From assembly GCF_012562765.1 (NCBI RefSeq), contig NZ_CP046226.1, positions 270,001 through 302,000 of the forward strand: a stretch of DNA of 32,000 bases, in the 5' to 3' direction. Below, in pieces: positions 1-9,542 of this stretch. This stretch comes from Candidatus Saccharimonadota bacterium. Its GTDB lineage: Bacteria; Pseudomonadota; Gammaproteobacteria; Enterobacterales; Enterobacteriaceae. Each line of letters opens with the position of its first letter. Position 1 is the stretch's first letter. The notes below the pieces were generated by a model that saw only the letters and a list, made by a program, of their open reading frames with translations, did no database searches and had not been told where the DNA came from. The translations under genes were made by a program, and so were the position numbers.

Positions 1-2079
1 ATAATTTATTTTAAAACCACGTAATGTTTCTGCTCCACCTAAAAAAAAATTTTTATTGAAAGGAAAATTTCCATTTTTAAAACCATTACCATATCCAATA
101 TTGCTTTTTAATAAAAAGATTAATTTTGAAAAATTATTTAAATTATTATTTTTCATAATTGAGTATAAAGGAATATATGTTGAATTACTCATATTTATTT
201 TATAATAATAATTTTTGGATATTGGAAGATTAAAACTTGTATTTATGATACTAATATTTCCTTTTGTTGGTAAAAATTTATCATTTAAAGTATTAAAAAT
301 AAATAAATTTTTTAAATTTAAACTATTTATAATATAATGATTAGAATTATTTAAATTAAAATTATAACCTATTTTTCTTAAAAAATTCCAAATAGATATT
401 TGAGGTTTTACATCTAAAAAATTATTAATATTATATTCAAGATTATTTTGTATTTTTAAATTTTTACTAACAGGATAATTTAATATTCCAGAAATACCTC
501 TACTTTTATTTATAAGATTTGAATTTTGTATTTTAAAATTATTAAAAAATAACTTTGTACCTAAATTAATATTTTTATTTAAAAAATATGAATTCATTAA
601 AGAAAATTCAAAATAAGTTTGTAATGAATCTGTATTAACTTTTACATTAATATTATTTCCTGTTCCAAGAAAATTATCTTCTCCTATATCTGATTGTAAT
701 GAAAATCCATTATTACTACCATAACCAAAATGAATGTTTAAAACACCACTATCACGTTCATCAACCTTAAATATTAAATCTATTGTATGTTTTATATCAT
801 TATTTTTTTTTAAAAAAACTTCTATATTTTCAAAATAACCTAATAAATTTAAATTTTTTTTAGTTTTTTGAATTAAACTACTATCAAACCAAGTATTTTC
901 CATTTGGATAGTTTCATTACGTAATATATTATCTTTTGTTAAAGAATTTCCTATATATTCTATTTTTCTTATAAAATATTTTTTACCTGTATGTATATTA
1001 AATATTATTTTTACAGAATTATTATTTATATTAAATTTATTTAAAATTTGAACACGAGGATATAAAAATCCATATTTTCCTAAAATATTAATAATTTTAT
1101 TTTTAGTCTGTGTAATTTTATTATTATTATATAAATCTCCTGATTTAATTTTTGTTATATTTTTTATTTTATCTAATAATTCTTTTTTATCAATATTATA
1201 TATTACTTTATCAAATTTAAATTTTTTATTTTCATTAATTTTATAAGTAATGTATATATTTTTTTTATTATTTGAAAAATTATGAGTAATTAATTTTATT
1301 TTAAAAAGAGCAAATCCTTTATTTAAATAAAATTTTTTTAAATTTTCTATATCATTATTAATATAGTCTATATAATAATTATTATTTAAAAAAAAATTTA
1401 TAAAAGATCTTTTAGAATTCCATTTTAAATAATACAATAAATATTCTTTAGTATAAGAATTATTTCCTAAAATATTTATTTGTTTAATTTTTGATATTTG
1501 TCCTTCATGTAACAAAAATTTAATAGCAACATAATTATGAGGTTGTCTAATAATTTTAATTATTACTTGAGAATTAAACATTCCATTATTTAAATAAATA
1601 TTTTCTATCTGTTTTTTTATAAAAAATAATGCTGGATAATCAATAATTATTCCTTTATTTACTCCAATATTATTAATAATATTTTGTAAAATATTACTTT
1701 TAATAAATTTATTACCATTAAAAATAATATTAGAAATTACAGGTTTTTCTAATATTTTAATTACTATATTATTTTTCTCTCTAAATACATATATGTTTTC
1801 AAACATACCAATATCAAATAATGTATGTATTAATCTAGTTAAATCTTTATTAGTAATATAATCTCCTATTTTTATAGGTAAATTTTGAGTTATACTATTT
1901 GTTTTAAATTTATCCAATCCAAATATTATAATTTTATTTATGCAAAAAATATTTTTTTTATTAGAATCTATAGATGTACAATTGATATTAGTACTAATAA
2001 TTAATATTACACATAAAATAAAAAATTTAATTTGTTTAATTTTTAATAAATATTTTTTTTTATAATTGTGAAAAATCAT
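1..2079 (-). CDS. bamA: Outer membrane protein assembly factor BamA, partial (N-terminal ~693 codons; the C-terminus lies beyond the left edge)
   Basis: The minus-strand frame is open from position 1 to an ATG at 2077-2079. It is probably absent from the ORF track because no stop falls inside the window. My translation gives a signal-peptide-like start (MIFHNYKKKYLLKIKQIKFFILCVILIIS) and a POTRA-like segment (IFGLDKFKTNSITQNLPIKIGDYITNKDLTRLIHTLFDIGMFENIYV). Barrel segments (DLIFKVDERDSGVLNIHFGYG; FNKNFFLGGAETLRGFKINY at the edge) are collinear with E. coli BamA. The gene sits directly downstream of rseP, as in E. coli. I spot-checked the frame at both ends and in the middle, not at every codon. 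Confidence 0.85.
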   Translation of the reverse strand, partial: MIFHNYKKKYLLKIKQIKFFILCVILIISTNINCTSIDSNKKNIFCINKIIIFGLDKFKTNSITQNLPIKIGDYITNKDLTRLIHTLFDIGMFENIYVFREKNNIVIKILEKPVISNIIFNGNKFIKSNILQNIINNIGVNKGIIIDYPALFFIKKQIENIYLNNGMFNSQVIIKIIRQPHNYVAIKFLLHEGQISKIKQINILGNNSYTKEYLLYYLKWNSKRSFINFFLNNNYYIDYINNDIENLKKFYLNKGFALFKIKLITHNFSNNKKNIYITYKINENKKFKFDKVIYNIDKKELLDKIKNITKIKSGDLYNNNKITQTKNKIINILGKYGFLYPRVQILNKFNINNNSVKIIFNIHTGKKYFIRKIEYIGNSLTKDNILRNETIQMENTWFDSSLIQKTKKNLNLLGYFENIEVFLKKNNDIKHTIDLIFKVDERDSGVLNIHFGYGSNNGFSLQSDIGEDNFLGTGNNINVKVNTDSLQTYFEFSLMNSYFLNKNINLGTKLFFNNFKIQNSNLINKSRGISGILNYPVSKNLKIQNNLEYNINNFLDVKPQISIWNFLRKIGYNFNLNNSNHYIINSLNLKNLFIFNTLNDKFLPTKGNISIINTSFNLPISKNYYYKINMSNSTYIPLYSIMKNNNLNNFSKLIFLLKSNIGYGNGFKNGNFPFNKNFFLGGAETLRGFKINY

Positions 2080-3433
2080 TGATTAAAGCTATCCCCATTA
2101 TTAAAAATAAAAATACTAAACTAATATTATATATTAATTTTTGTGTTTTTTCTGATAATTTATGACCTGTTATTTTAGTATATAATAAAAAAGATATTTG
2201 ACCACCATCTAATATAGGAATAGGTAATAAATTTATTATACCAAGATTAATACTAATTAAAGCTAAAAATATAAAATAATATAAACAACTATTTTGAGCT
2301 AATATTCCAGCATTACGTGCTATAGAAATAGGTCCATTAATATTATTAAAATTTATATTACTATGATGAAATAAATTTAAAATAATGATTAACATTAATT
2401 TTATTAATGTATAAGTTTTATTAATTGCTTTAATAAAAGATTGAAAAATATTATATTTATATGTTATTAATGATGTATTATTTTTAATGTTAATTATTTT
2501 TGGAATTAATCCTATAAATCCAATTTTTATATCTTTTAAATATTCTGTTTCAGGAATAATAATCAAATTTATACTTTTTTTATTTCTTTCTATAGTTAGA
2601 AAAATAGATTTATTAATATTATTAGAAATAATTTTTTGAAAATTATACCAATTTGTAAAATTTTTTCCTTGTATTTTTATTATTTTATCTCCTACATTTA
2701 ATTTTGCTTTTTCTGCAGGTGATTTACTAATAATTTTAGTAATAACAGGATAAATTATGAATCCTTTTGGTAAAATACCTAAACTTGATATTAAATTATT
2801 TTTACTATTTTTAATAAATTCTTTTTTGAGAATTATTTTTTTTTTTGATAAAATATTTGAATTTATATTACTTACTTCTAAATTAATAAAACTATTATTT
2901 ATATTTTGCATTAATATCATATTAACAGTATCCCAATCAGGAGTTTTTATTCCATTAATTGTTTTTATTTCTGTATTAGGAGTTAAACCAGAAATATCTG
3001 CTAATGAAGAATAATAAATTTCATTAATAATAGGTTTATTAGCAGGAAAACCTATAAAAAAAATACCCCAATAAATTAATGTTGCGAATATTAAATTTGA
3101 TATAGGTCCTGAAAGTATAATTAAAAATTTTTTTATAAAAGATAAATTATTAAAAAATAATAACTTATATTTATTTATATATTTTGTTTTATCAGTTGTA
3201 ATTTGATGTTTATCAGGCATTTTTACATAACCACCTAAAGGTATTAATCTAATTACAAAATTAGTTCCATATTTATCACAATATTGTAATATTTTGTTCC
3301 CAAAACCAATAGAAAAACATTCAATATATATATTAAAACAACGTGCAACATAAAAATGTCCAAATTCATGTACCATTATTAATGTACTTAAAGTTATAAT
3401 AAATATTACTATATCCCAAATAACATTAAACAA
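2060..3433 (-). CDS. rseP: Regulator of sigma-E protease RseP (site-2 zinc metalloprotease)
   Basis: 457-aa ORF with the HEFGH zinc motif (LIMVHEFGHFYVARCF) and the C-terminal NLLPIPILDGG motif. It is collinear with E. coli RseP (about 450 aa). The start codon is TTG (3431-3433), with GAGGAG 8 nt upstream. Confidence 0.9.
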   Translation of the reverse strand: MFNVIWDIVIFIITLSTLIMVHEFGHFYVARCFNIYIECFSIGFGNKILQYCDKYGTNFVIRLIPLGGYVKMPDKHQITTDKTKYINKYKLLFFNNLSFIKKFLIILSGPISNLIFATLIYWGIFFIGFPANKPIINEIYYSSLADISGLTPNTEIKTINGIKTPDWDTVNMILMQNINNSFINLEVSNINSNILSKKKIILKKEFIKNSKNNLISSLGILPKGFIIYPVITKIISKSPAEKAKLNVGDKIIKIQGKNFTNWYNFQKIISNNINKSIFLTIERNKKSINLIIIPETEYLKDIKIGFIGLIPKIINIKNNTSLITYKYNIFQSFIKAINKTYTLIKLMLIIILNLFHHSNINFNNINGPISIARNAGILAQNSCLYYFIFLALISINLGIINLLPIPILDGGQISFLLYTKITGHKLSEKTQKLIYNISLVFLFLIMGIALINDFSQL

Positions 3434-3518
3434 AATATTAACTCCTCTAAATTATTTTAATTATCATATAAATTAATTAAAATTTAAAATTTTTTATAAA
3501 ATATTATTCTAATATAAT

Positions 3519-4262
3519 TTAATTTTTAATATTACCACCAAAACTTCTTTTTCTTTTAGAAAAATTTTCTAAAGCATCTTTAAAATTTTTTTCATTGAAA
3601 TCAGGCCATAATATATTAGTAAAATAAAGTTCTGAATAAGCAATTTGCCAAATTAAAAAATTACTAATACGTAACTCTCCTCCAGTTCTTATTACTAAAT
3701 CTACAGGAATAATATTACTTAAACATAAATATTTAGAAAAAATATATTCATTAATTTTTTTAGAATCTAATAAACCTTCTTTTATTTTTATAACAATTTT
3801 TTTTACTGCTGAAATAATATCCCAACGACCTCCATAATTAATAGCTATATTTAAAATTAATCCATTATTATTTTTAGTAAGATTTTCAGCTTTAATAATA
3901 GATTTTTGTAAATGAATACTAAATTTACTAATATTACCAATAATTTTTAAACATATATTTTTTTTTTTAAAATTTAAAACTTCATTATTTAATATTTTAT
4001 TAAATAAATTCATTAAAAAATTAATTTCATTGATAGATCTTTTCCAATTTTCACTACTAAAAGCATATAATGTTAATACTTTTAATTTGTAAAATAATGC
4101 AGAATTAATAATTTTTTTTATAGTATTTACTCCTTCTTTATGACCAGAGAATTTCCATATATTTTTTTTTTTAGCCCATCTTCTATTACCATCCATAATA
4201 ATAGCTACATGGTTTGGATAACATAATTTTTTAATTTTATAATCTAATTTATTTATTATCAT
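3519..4262 (-). CDS. uppS: Undecaprenyl diphosphate synthase (cis-prenyltransferase)
   Basis: 247-aa ORF with the HVAIIMDGNRRWAKK and IRTGGELRISNFLIWQIAYSELYF motifs typical of UppS. It lies between dxr and rseP, as in E. coli. Confidence 0.9.
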   Translation of the reverse strand: MIINKLDYKIKKLCYPNHVAIIMDGNRRWAKKKNIWKFSGHKEGVNTIKKIINSALFYKLKVLTLYAFSSENWKRSINEINFLMNLFNKILNNEVLNFKKKNICLKIIGNISKFSIHLQKSIIKAENLTKNNNGLILNIAINYGGRWDIISAVKKIVIKIKEGLLDSKKINEYIFSKYLCLSNIIPVDLVIRTGGELRISNFLIWQIAYSELYFTNILWPDFNEKNFKDALENFSKRKRSFGGNIKN

Positions 4263-4297
4263 TTTAATTTCATTATTAAAACATCAATATATTTTAG

Positions 4298-5503
4298 TTA
4301 ATGTTTTTTAAATTTATTTTTCAATATATATTTAGTATATTTACGTACATAACTATCTATCCATAATATATCATGAATAGATTTAGGATTATTAAAAGAT
4401 AATTTATTAATTATAGTTTGATTTAAAGGAGAAATATCATTTAATGATATTTCTCCTTTAATAAAATATTTTATAGCTATTTCATTTGCGGCATTTAATA
4501 TTATAGATGAAGAAATATCTCCTGAAAAACATACTTCAATTGCTAATTTTAAACAAGAATATTTTATTAAATCTGGTTTTAAAAAAGTTAAAAATTTTAA
4601 TTCATGTAAATTAATTTGTTCAACTCCAGAATTTATCTTAATAGGCCAATTTATCATACTAGCAATGGAAATACGTATATCAGAAATACTTAATTGTGTT
4701 GAAATACTACTATTTTTAAATTTTATCATAGCATTGATTTTTGATTCAGGATTAATAATAATCTCTATTTGATCTTTTTGTGTATTAAATAAATATTTAC
4801 TAGCTATATATTCTAATCCTATATTCATCATTGTAGCTGAATTAATCATTGATTTTTTTTTCATATAACTATCAGTTTGTTTACAAAGATTTTTTATATA
4901 AATATCTTTAAATTTTTTTTTAGGAATATGTAAAAAAGAACCACCAGAACTAGTAAGAATAATACTTTGAATATTATTTTGATTTAAATTACAAAAACCT
5001 AATTTTTTTTGAATATTTATAGGCATCATTTGAAAAATAGAACTATTATTTTTATTAAGAGGTAAAATTTTTGCTTGAAATTTTTTAGCTTCATACATTA
5101 AAATATTACCAGAAATAATAATTAATTCTTCATTTGCTAATAATACATTTTTTCCTGCTCTAATAGCAGATAACACAGATAAAAATCCTGCTGTTCCATT
5201 TATAGCTGCAATAACTTGATCTACATCATCTAAAGATGATATTTGTTCTATTTCTTTTTCACCAAATAATATTTCTGTTTTAATTTCAGTATTAAATAAA
5301 TTATTTTTTAACTTTTCAGCATCATTTTTTTTTAACATAACTGCATAGTCAGGATTAAATAAAATACATTGTTTAGTCATTAACTCTACATTATTATGAG
5401 AAACTAATACTTTTACTTTAAATAATTCAGGATTTGTTAATACAACTGACAAAACATTTCTTCCTATATATCCAGTTGAACCTAATATAGTTAAGTATTT
5501 CAT
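4298..5503 (-). CDS. dxr: 1-deoxy-D-xylulose 5-phosphate reductoisomerase
   Basis: The longest ORF (to 5512) begins at a TTG. The ATG at 5501-5503 gives MKYLTILGSTGYIG, which aligns with the E. coli Dxr N-terminus and its NADPH-binding GSTGSIG motif. Length is about 401 aa. The start is uncertain by 3 codons. Confidence 0.9.
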   Translation of the reverse strand: MKYLTILGSTGYIGRNVLSVVLTNPELFKVKVLVSHNNVELMTKQCILFNPDYAVMLKKNDAEKLKNNLFNTEIKTEILFGEKEIEQISSLDDVDQVIAAINGTAGFLSVLSAIRAGKNVLLANEELIIISGNILMYEAKKFQAKILPLNKNNSSIFQMMPINIQKKLGFCNLNQNNIQSIILTSSGGSFLHIPKKKFKDIYIKNLCKQTDSYMKKKSMINSATMMNIGLEYIASKYLFNTQKDQIEIIINPESKINAMIKFKNSSISTQLSISDIRISIASMINWPIKINSGVEQINLHELKFLTFLKPDLIKYSCLKLAIEVCFSGDISSSIILNAANEIAIKYFIKGEISLNDISPLNQTIINKLSFNNPKSIHDILWIDSYVRKYTKYILKNKFKKH

Positions 5504-5551
5504 ACTATCCAATTATAATATTGTAAATAAAATATTAAATTATATTAATCT

Positions 5552-6115
5552 TTATTTAAAATTTAATAATTCTTTTTCTTTTTGTTCTAAAAAATCAGAT
5601 ATACACTTTATGTAATAAATAGTTTGTTTTTGAATACACTTATATAATTTTTTTTCTTCATTTTCACTTATTTTTTTTTCTTTTAAAAATAATTTAATTT
5701 TATTATTAGATTCTCTTCTAATATTACGTATATTAATACGATTTTTTTCAGTTTCTTCTTTTATGATTTTAATCATATTAATTTTTCTAGTTTCTGTAAG
5801 AGGAGGTATTATAACATAAATATTATGTGATGTTATTAGTTTTATATTTAAATTTAAATTTGACAATAATATAGCTTTTTCAATTTTTTTTAACATTAAA
5901 AAATCAAAAGGGGTAATTTTTAAAGTTTTTGAATTATCTACTACTATATTAGCTATATATTTTATAGGTATAAATTTATTATTAACTTTAATATTTATTC
6001 TATCAAGTAAATATGGAGATATTCTACTAATATATATTGTATTAATTTTTTTTTGAAATATATCTAAACATTTTTTCATATTATCTTCATTATTTTTTAG
6101 TATATAATTATACAT
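5552..6115 (-). CDS. frr: Ribosome recycling factor
   Basis: 187-aa ORF collinear with E. coli Frr (185 aa), for example the PPLTETRKINMIKIIKEE and NIRNIRRESNNKIK segments. It sits in the conserved pyrH-frr-dxr order. Confidence 0.9.
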   Translation of the reverse strand: MYNYILKNNEDNMKKCLDIFQKKINTIYISRISPYLLDRINIKVNNKFIPIKYIANIVVDNSKTLKITPFDFLMLKKIEKAILLSNLNLNIKLITSHNIYVIIPPLTETRKINMIKIIKEETEKNRINIRNIRRESNNKIKLFLKEKKISENEEKKLYKCIQKQTIYYIKCISDFLEQKEKELLNFK

Positions 6116-6160
6116 ATTATTATTCCATATATTTAGATTTATTAAAATTTAGAAAAGAAC

Positions 6161-6895
6161 TTATAATGATATTATAGTACCTTCTTTTTCTCCGGTAAGA
6201 ACACGATATAATGATCCTGATTTATTAATATTAAATATATGAATTGGAATATCATAATCACGAGCTAAAATAAAAGCAGTATAATCCATTACTTGTATTT
6301 TTTTTTTTAAAACATAATCATATGTTAATTTTCTATAAAATTTTGCATCATAATTTTTTATAGGATCTTTAGAATATACTCCATTTACTTTTGTTGCTTT
6401 TAATATAGCATTAGCTTCTAATTCAATTCCTCTTAAAGATACAGTTGTATCAGTTGTAAATAAAGGATTACCAATTCCACCTGATAATATAATTATATTA
6501 TTATTAGTAATTAAGTTTCTAGCTTTTATTATATCATATTCATCACAAATTCCATTAATTTTAATAGATGACATTAAATATATATTTTTTAAATAAAGTT
6601 TCATAGAATTATATAATGCTAAGCCATTTATTATAGTTGCTAAAATTCCCATTTGATCAGCAATAATACGATCAAGATTATTATTTAATACAATAGATTT
6701 ACCTCTAAATAAATTTCCTCCACCAATTACAATACCAATTTGTATTCCTAAAGGTAAAATTGTTTTTATTTCTTGAATTATGTAATTTAATTGATTTATA
6801 TTTATAGTTATACTTAAATCATTTTTATCTTGTAAAAATTCACCACTAATTTTAATAATTACTCTTTTATAAATTAATTTATTTTTCATGTTCAT
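6161..6895 (-). CDS. pyrH: UMP kinase
   Basis: 244-aa ORF with YKRVIIKISGE, VIGGGNLFRG, GNPLFTTDT and KATKVNGVYSKDP motifs matching E. coli PyrH. Confidence 0.92.
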   Translation of the reverse strand: MNMKNKLIYKRVIIKISGEFLQDKNDLSITININQLNYIIQEIKTILPLGIQIGIVIGGGNLFRGKSIVLNNNLDRIIADQMGILATIINGLALYNSMKLYLKNIYLMSSIKINGICDEYDIIKARNLITNNNIIILSGGIGNPLFTTDTTVSLRGIELEANAILKATKVNGVYSKDPIKNYDAKFYRKLTYDYVLKKKIQVMDYTAFILARDYDIPIHIFNINKSGSLYRVLTGEKEGTIISL

Positions 6896-6965
6896 AATAT
6901 TAATTACACATAATTAAAATTTTTTATTTTTTATTTAAAAATATAATAAATATAAAAATTAATTT

Positions 6966-7769
6966 TTAAAGTAATTTTTCACCTAATTCAAAACGTATAA
7001 ATTTAGAAATAAAAATATTATTTTTATTTAAAAATTGTAATACTGTATTATTCGTGTCAAATAAAAATTTTTGATTAATTAAAGTAATATTATTTATGAA
7101 TTTATCTACACGACCTTTCACTATTTTTTCTATTATGTTAAAAGGTTTATTTAATTGTTTTGCAATTTCCATTTGTAATTTATATTCATCTTGAATAATT
7201 TTTTCAGGTACATCTTGTTTACTTATATATTTTGGTTTTAATACTGCTATATGCATAGCTATTTGTTTTATGAGTAATAAATTATTTATATTAGATTGAA
7301 CTAATACACCAATACGTTTACTATGATGAAGATATTTACCTATAAAATTACCTTTAATTATACTTAATCGATTAATAATAATATTTTCTTTTAAAATTCC
7401 AATTAATTGAATTCTTTTTTCTTCAAAAATATTTTTTATTTCAATAATATTAGTAATTTTTTTTTTAAAAGAATATTTAAGTATATCTTTTGCAAAATTA
7501 TTTAAATTAATATCTTTAGCTACAAAATCTGTTTGACAATTTATTTCTAATAAAATTCCATAATCATCTTTAATCAAATCTATAATAAAACCTTCTTTTG
7601 CTACAAAAATTGATTTTTTAACAGATTGTATTTTTAAATATTTACGAATATAATTTATAGCTAACTTTATATTTCCTTTTGTTTCTATCAATGCTTTTTT
7701 ACATTCCATTATTCCTATACCAGTAATATTTCTTAATTCTTTTACTTGATTAGCAGTAATTTTAATCAT
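6966..7769 (-). CDS. tsf: Elongation factor Ts
   Basis: 267-aa ORF. The N-terminal UBA-like segment ITANQVKELRNITGIGIMECKKAL matches E. coli EF-Ts. The gene lies downstream of rpsB, as in E. coli. Confidence 0.92.
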   Translation of the reverse strand: MIKITANQVKELRNITGIGIMECKKALIETKGNIKLAINYIRKYLKIQSVKKSIFVAKEGFIIDLIKDDYGILLEINCQTDFVAKDINLNNFAKDILKYSFKKKITNIIEIKNIFEEKRIQLIGILKENIIINRLSIIKGNFIGKYLHHSKRIGVLVQSNINNLLLIKQIAMHIAVLKPKYISKQDVPEKIIQDEYKLQMEIAKQLNKPFNIIEKIVKGRVDKFINNITLINQKFLFDTNNTVLQFLNKNNIFISKFIRFELGEKLL

Positions 7770-7802
7770 TAAATTTCTCTTTTTTTAAATAAATTAACTA
7801 TT

Positions 7803-8513
7803 TTAAATTTTATTTTTAATTTTTATATTATTATTTATTATTTGACTTTGTAAAATAGCTTTTTTTACATAATTTAAATATAATTTTATAGCACGTATTG
7901 CATCATCATTTCCAGGAATAACAAAATTAATACCTTCAGGATTAGAATTTGTATCAACAATAGCAAATATTGGAATATTTAATTTACTTGCTTCTTTAAT
8001 TGCAATTTTTTCATAATTTGCATCTATTACGAATAAAGCATCAGGTAAACCTCCCATATTTTTTATTCCTCCTAAACTTTTTTCTAATTTTAATAATTCT
8101 TTTGTTCTAATTAATGCCTCTTTTTTTGTTAATTTAGTAAATGTACCATCTTTACTCTGAACTTCTAATTCTTTTAATCTTTTAATTGATTGTTTTACAG
8201 TTTTCCAATTTGTTAACATTCCTCCTAACCAACGATGATTAACAAAAAATTGATGACAATTATTAGCTGTGTCTTTAATAAATTTTGAAGCTGATTTTTT
8301 TGTACCTACAAATAAAATTTTACCTTTACGAGAACTAATTTTTTTTAATTCTATTAAAGCATTATTAAACATGGAAAGAGTTTTATCTAAATTAATAATA
8401 TGTATTTTATTACGATGATGAAAAATAAATTCTTTCATTTTTGGATTCCAATAACGAGTTTGATGTCCAAAATGTACTCCAACATTAAACATTTCATTTA
8501 TTGATATATTCAT
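7803..8513 (-). CDS. rpsB: 30S ribosomal protein S2
   Basis: 236-aa ORF containing [15 protein letters not shown] and other segments nearly identical to E. coli S2. Confidence 0.95.
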   Translation of the reverse strand: MNISINEMFNVGVHFGHQTRYWNPKMKEFIFHHRNKIHIINLDKTLSMFNNALIELKKISSRKGKILFVGTKKSASKFIKDTANNCHQFFVNHRWLGGMLTNWKTVKQSIKRLKELEVQSKDGTFTKLTKKEALIRTKELLKLEKSLGGIKNMGGLPDALFVIDANYEKIAIKEASKLNIPIFAIVDTNSNPEGINFVIPGNDDAIRAIKLYLNYVKKAILQSQIINNNIKIKNKI

Positions 8514-8673
8514 TATTTAATCTCTCTTTATTATATTTACGTATAAATAATAATTATTAATTACTAACTATTTTTTAGTATAATACTAATTATTAAAAAA
8601 AAATTAATATTTTATAAGTTATTTATAAGGTAATATTAATTATTATACAATTAATAATTATATGGAAATATTA

Positions 8674-9462
8674 ATGACTATTATAATTAAAAATTATGAA
8701 GAAATAAAAAAAATAAGTAAATCATGTCAATTAGCTGCACAAGTTTTAGAAATGATAAAAAATTATATAAAACCAGGAATTAGTACAGAAAAATTAAATA
8801 ATATATGTCATGATTATATTATAAATTTTCAAAAATCTAAACCAGCTACTTTAGGATATAAAGGATTTCCAAAATCTGTTTGTATTTCTGTTAACGATGT
8901 TGTATGTCATGGTATTTCTAGTAAAAAAGAATTATTAAAATATGGTGATATTATAAATATAGATGTAACTATACTTAATAATAATTATTATGGTGATACT
9001 TCTAAAATGTTTGTAGTTGGAGATTATTTATCAAAAAAAACAAAATTATTATGTCTTACAGCTCAAAAAAGTTTATATAAAGCTATTAATATAATTAAAC
9101 CTGGTATTAATTTAAATTTAATTGGTAAAATTATTCAACAATATGTTGAATCTAAAAATTTTTCTGTTGTAAGAGAATATTGTGGTCATGGAATTGGAAA
9201 AAATTTTCATGAAGAACCACAAATTTTACATTATGATTCTTATCATAATAATATTATATTAAAATCAGGAATGATCTTTACTATTGAACCTATGATTAAT
9301 ATGGGTAAACATTATGTATATTTAACAAATGATGGATGGACTGTAAAAACAAAAGATAAAACTTTATCTGCACAATATGAACATACTATTTTAGTAAATA
9401 ATAATGGATGCGAAGTATTAACAATACGAAAAGAAGAATATAATAAAATAATAAAAATTTAA
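8674..9462 (+). CDS. map: Methionine aminopeptidase (type I)
   Basis: The ORF opens at ATG 8662, but the second ATG (8674) aligns residue for residue with the E. coli Map N-terminus (MTIIIKNYEEIKK vs MAISIKTPEDIEK). That ATG also has a GGAAA 7 nt upstream. Conserved segments VCHGI, NIDVT, YCGHGIG, FTIEPM and AQYEHT include the metal-ligand positions. A start at 8662 remains possible. Confidence 0.9.
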   Translation: MTIIIKNYEEIKKISKSCQLAAQVLEMIKNYIKPGISTEKLNNICHDYIINFQKSKPATLGYKGFPKSVCISVNDVVCHGISSKKELLKYGDIINIDVTILNNNYYGDTSKMFVVGDYLSKKTKLLCLTAQKSLYKAINIIKPGINLNLIGKIIQQYVESKNFSVVREYCGHGIGKNFHEEPQILHYDSYHNNIILKSGMIFTIEPMINMGKHYVYLTNDGWTVKTKDKTLSAQYEHTILVNNNGCEVLTIRKEEYNKIIKI

Positions 9463-9479
9463 TTATTTAAAAATATTTA

Positions 9480-9524
9480 ATATAATCAAGTAATTATTAT
9501 TAATAATAAATTATTTGATTATAT
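9480..9524. terminator. Candidate bidirectional hairpin between convergent map and rpoD
   Basis: The arms atataatcaagtaatt (9480-9495) and aattatttgattatat (9509-9524) pair over 16 positions. One position is G-T (G-U on the + transcript, C-A on the - transcript). The loop is 13 nt. The stem is almost all A-T, and a U-run follows only on the minus-strand (rpoD) side. Confidence 0.3.
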
Positions 9525-9542
9525 CAAAATAATTAAATAAAC

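Noticed and set aside
2757-3014. 85-aa plus-strand ORF inside rseP
   Set aside because: It lies entirely antisense to a well-supported gene. The product is a low-complexity F/I/L/K sequence with no SD and no recognisable motif. Stop codons are depleted opposite an A/T-rich coding strand, so such shadow ORFs are expected.
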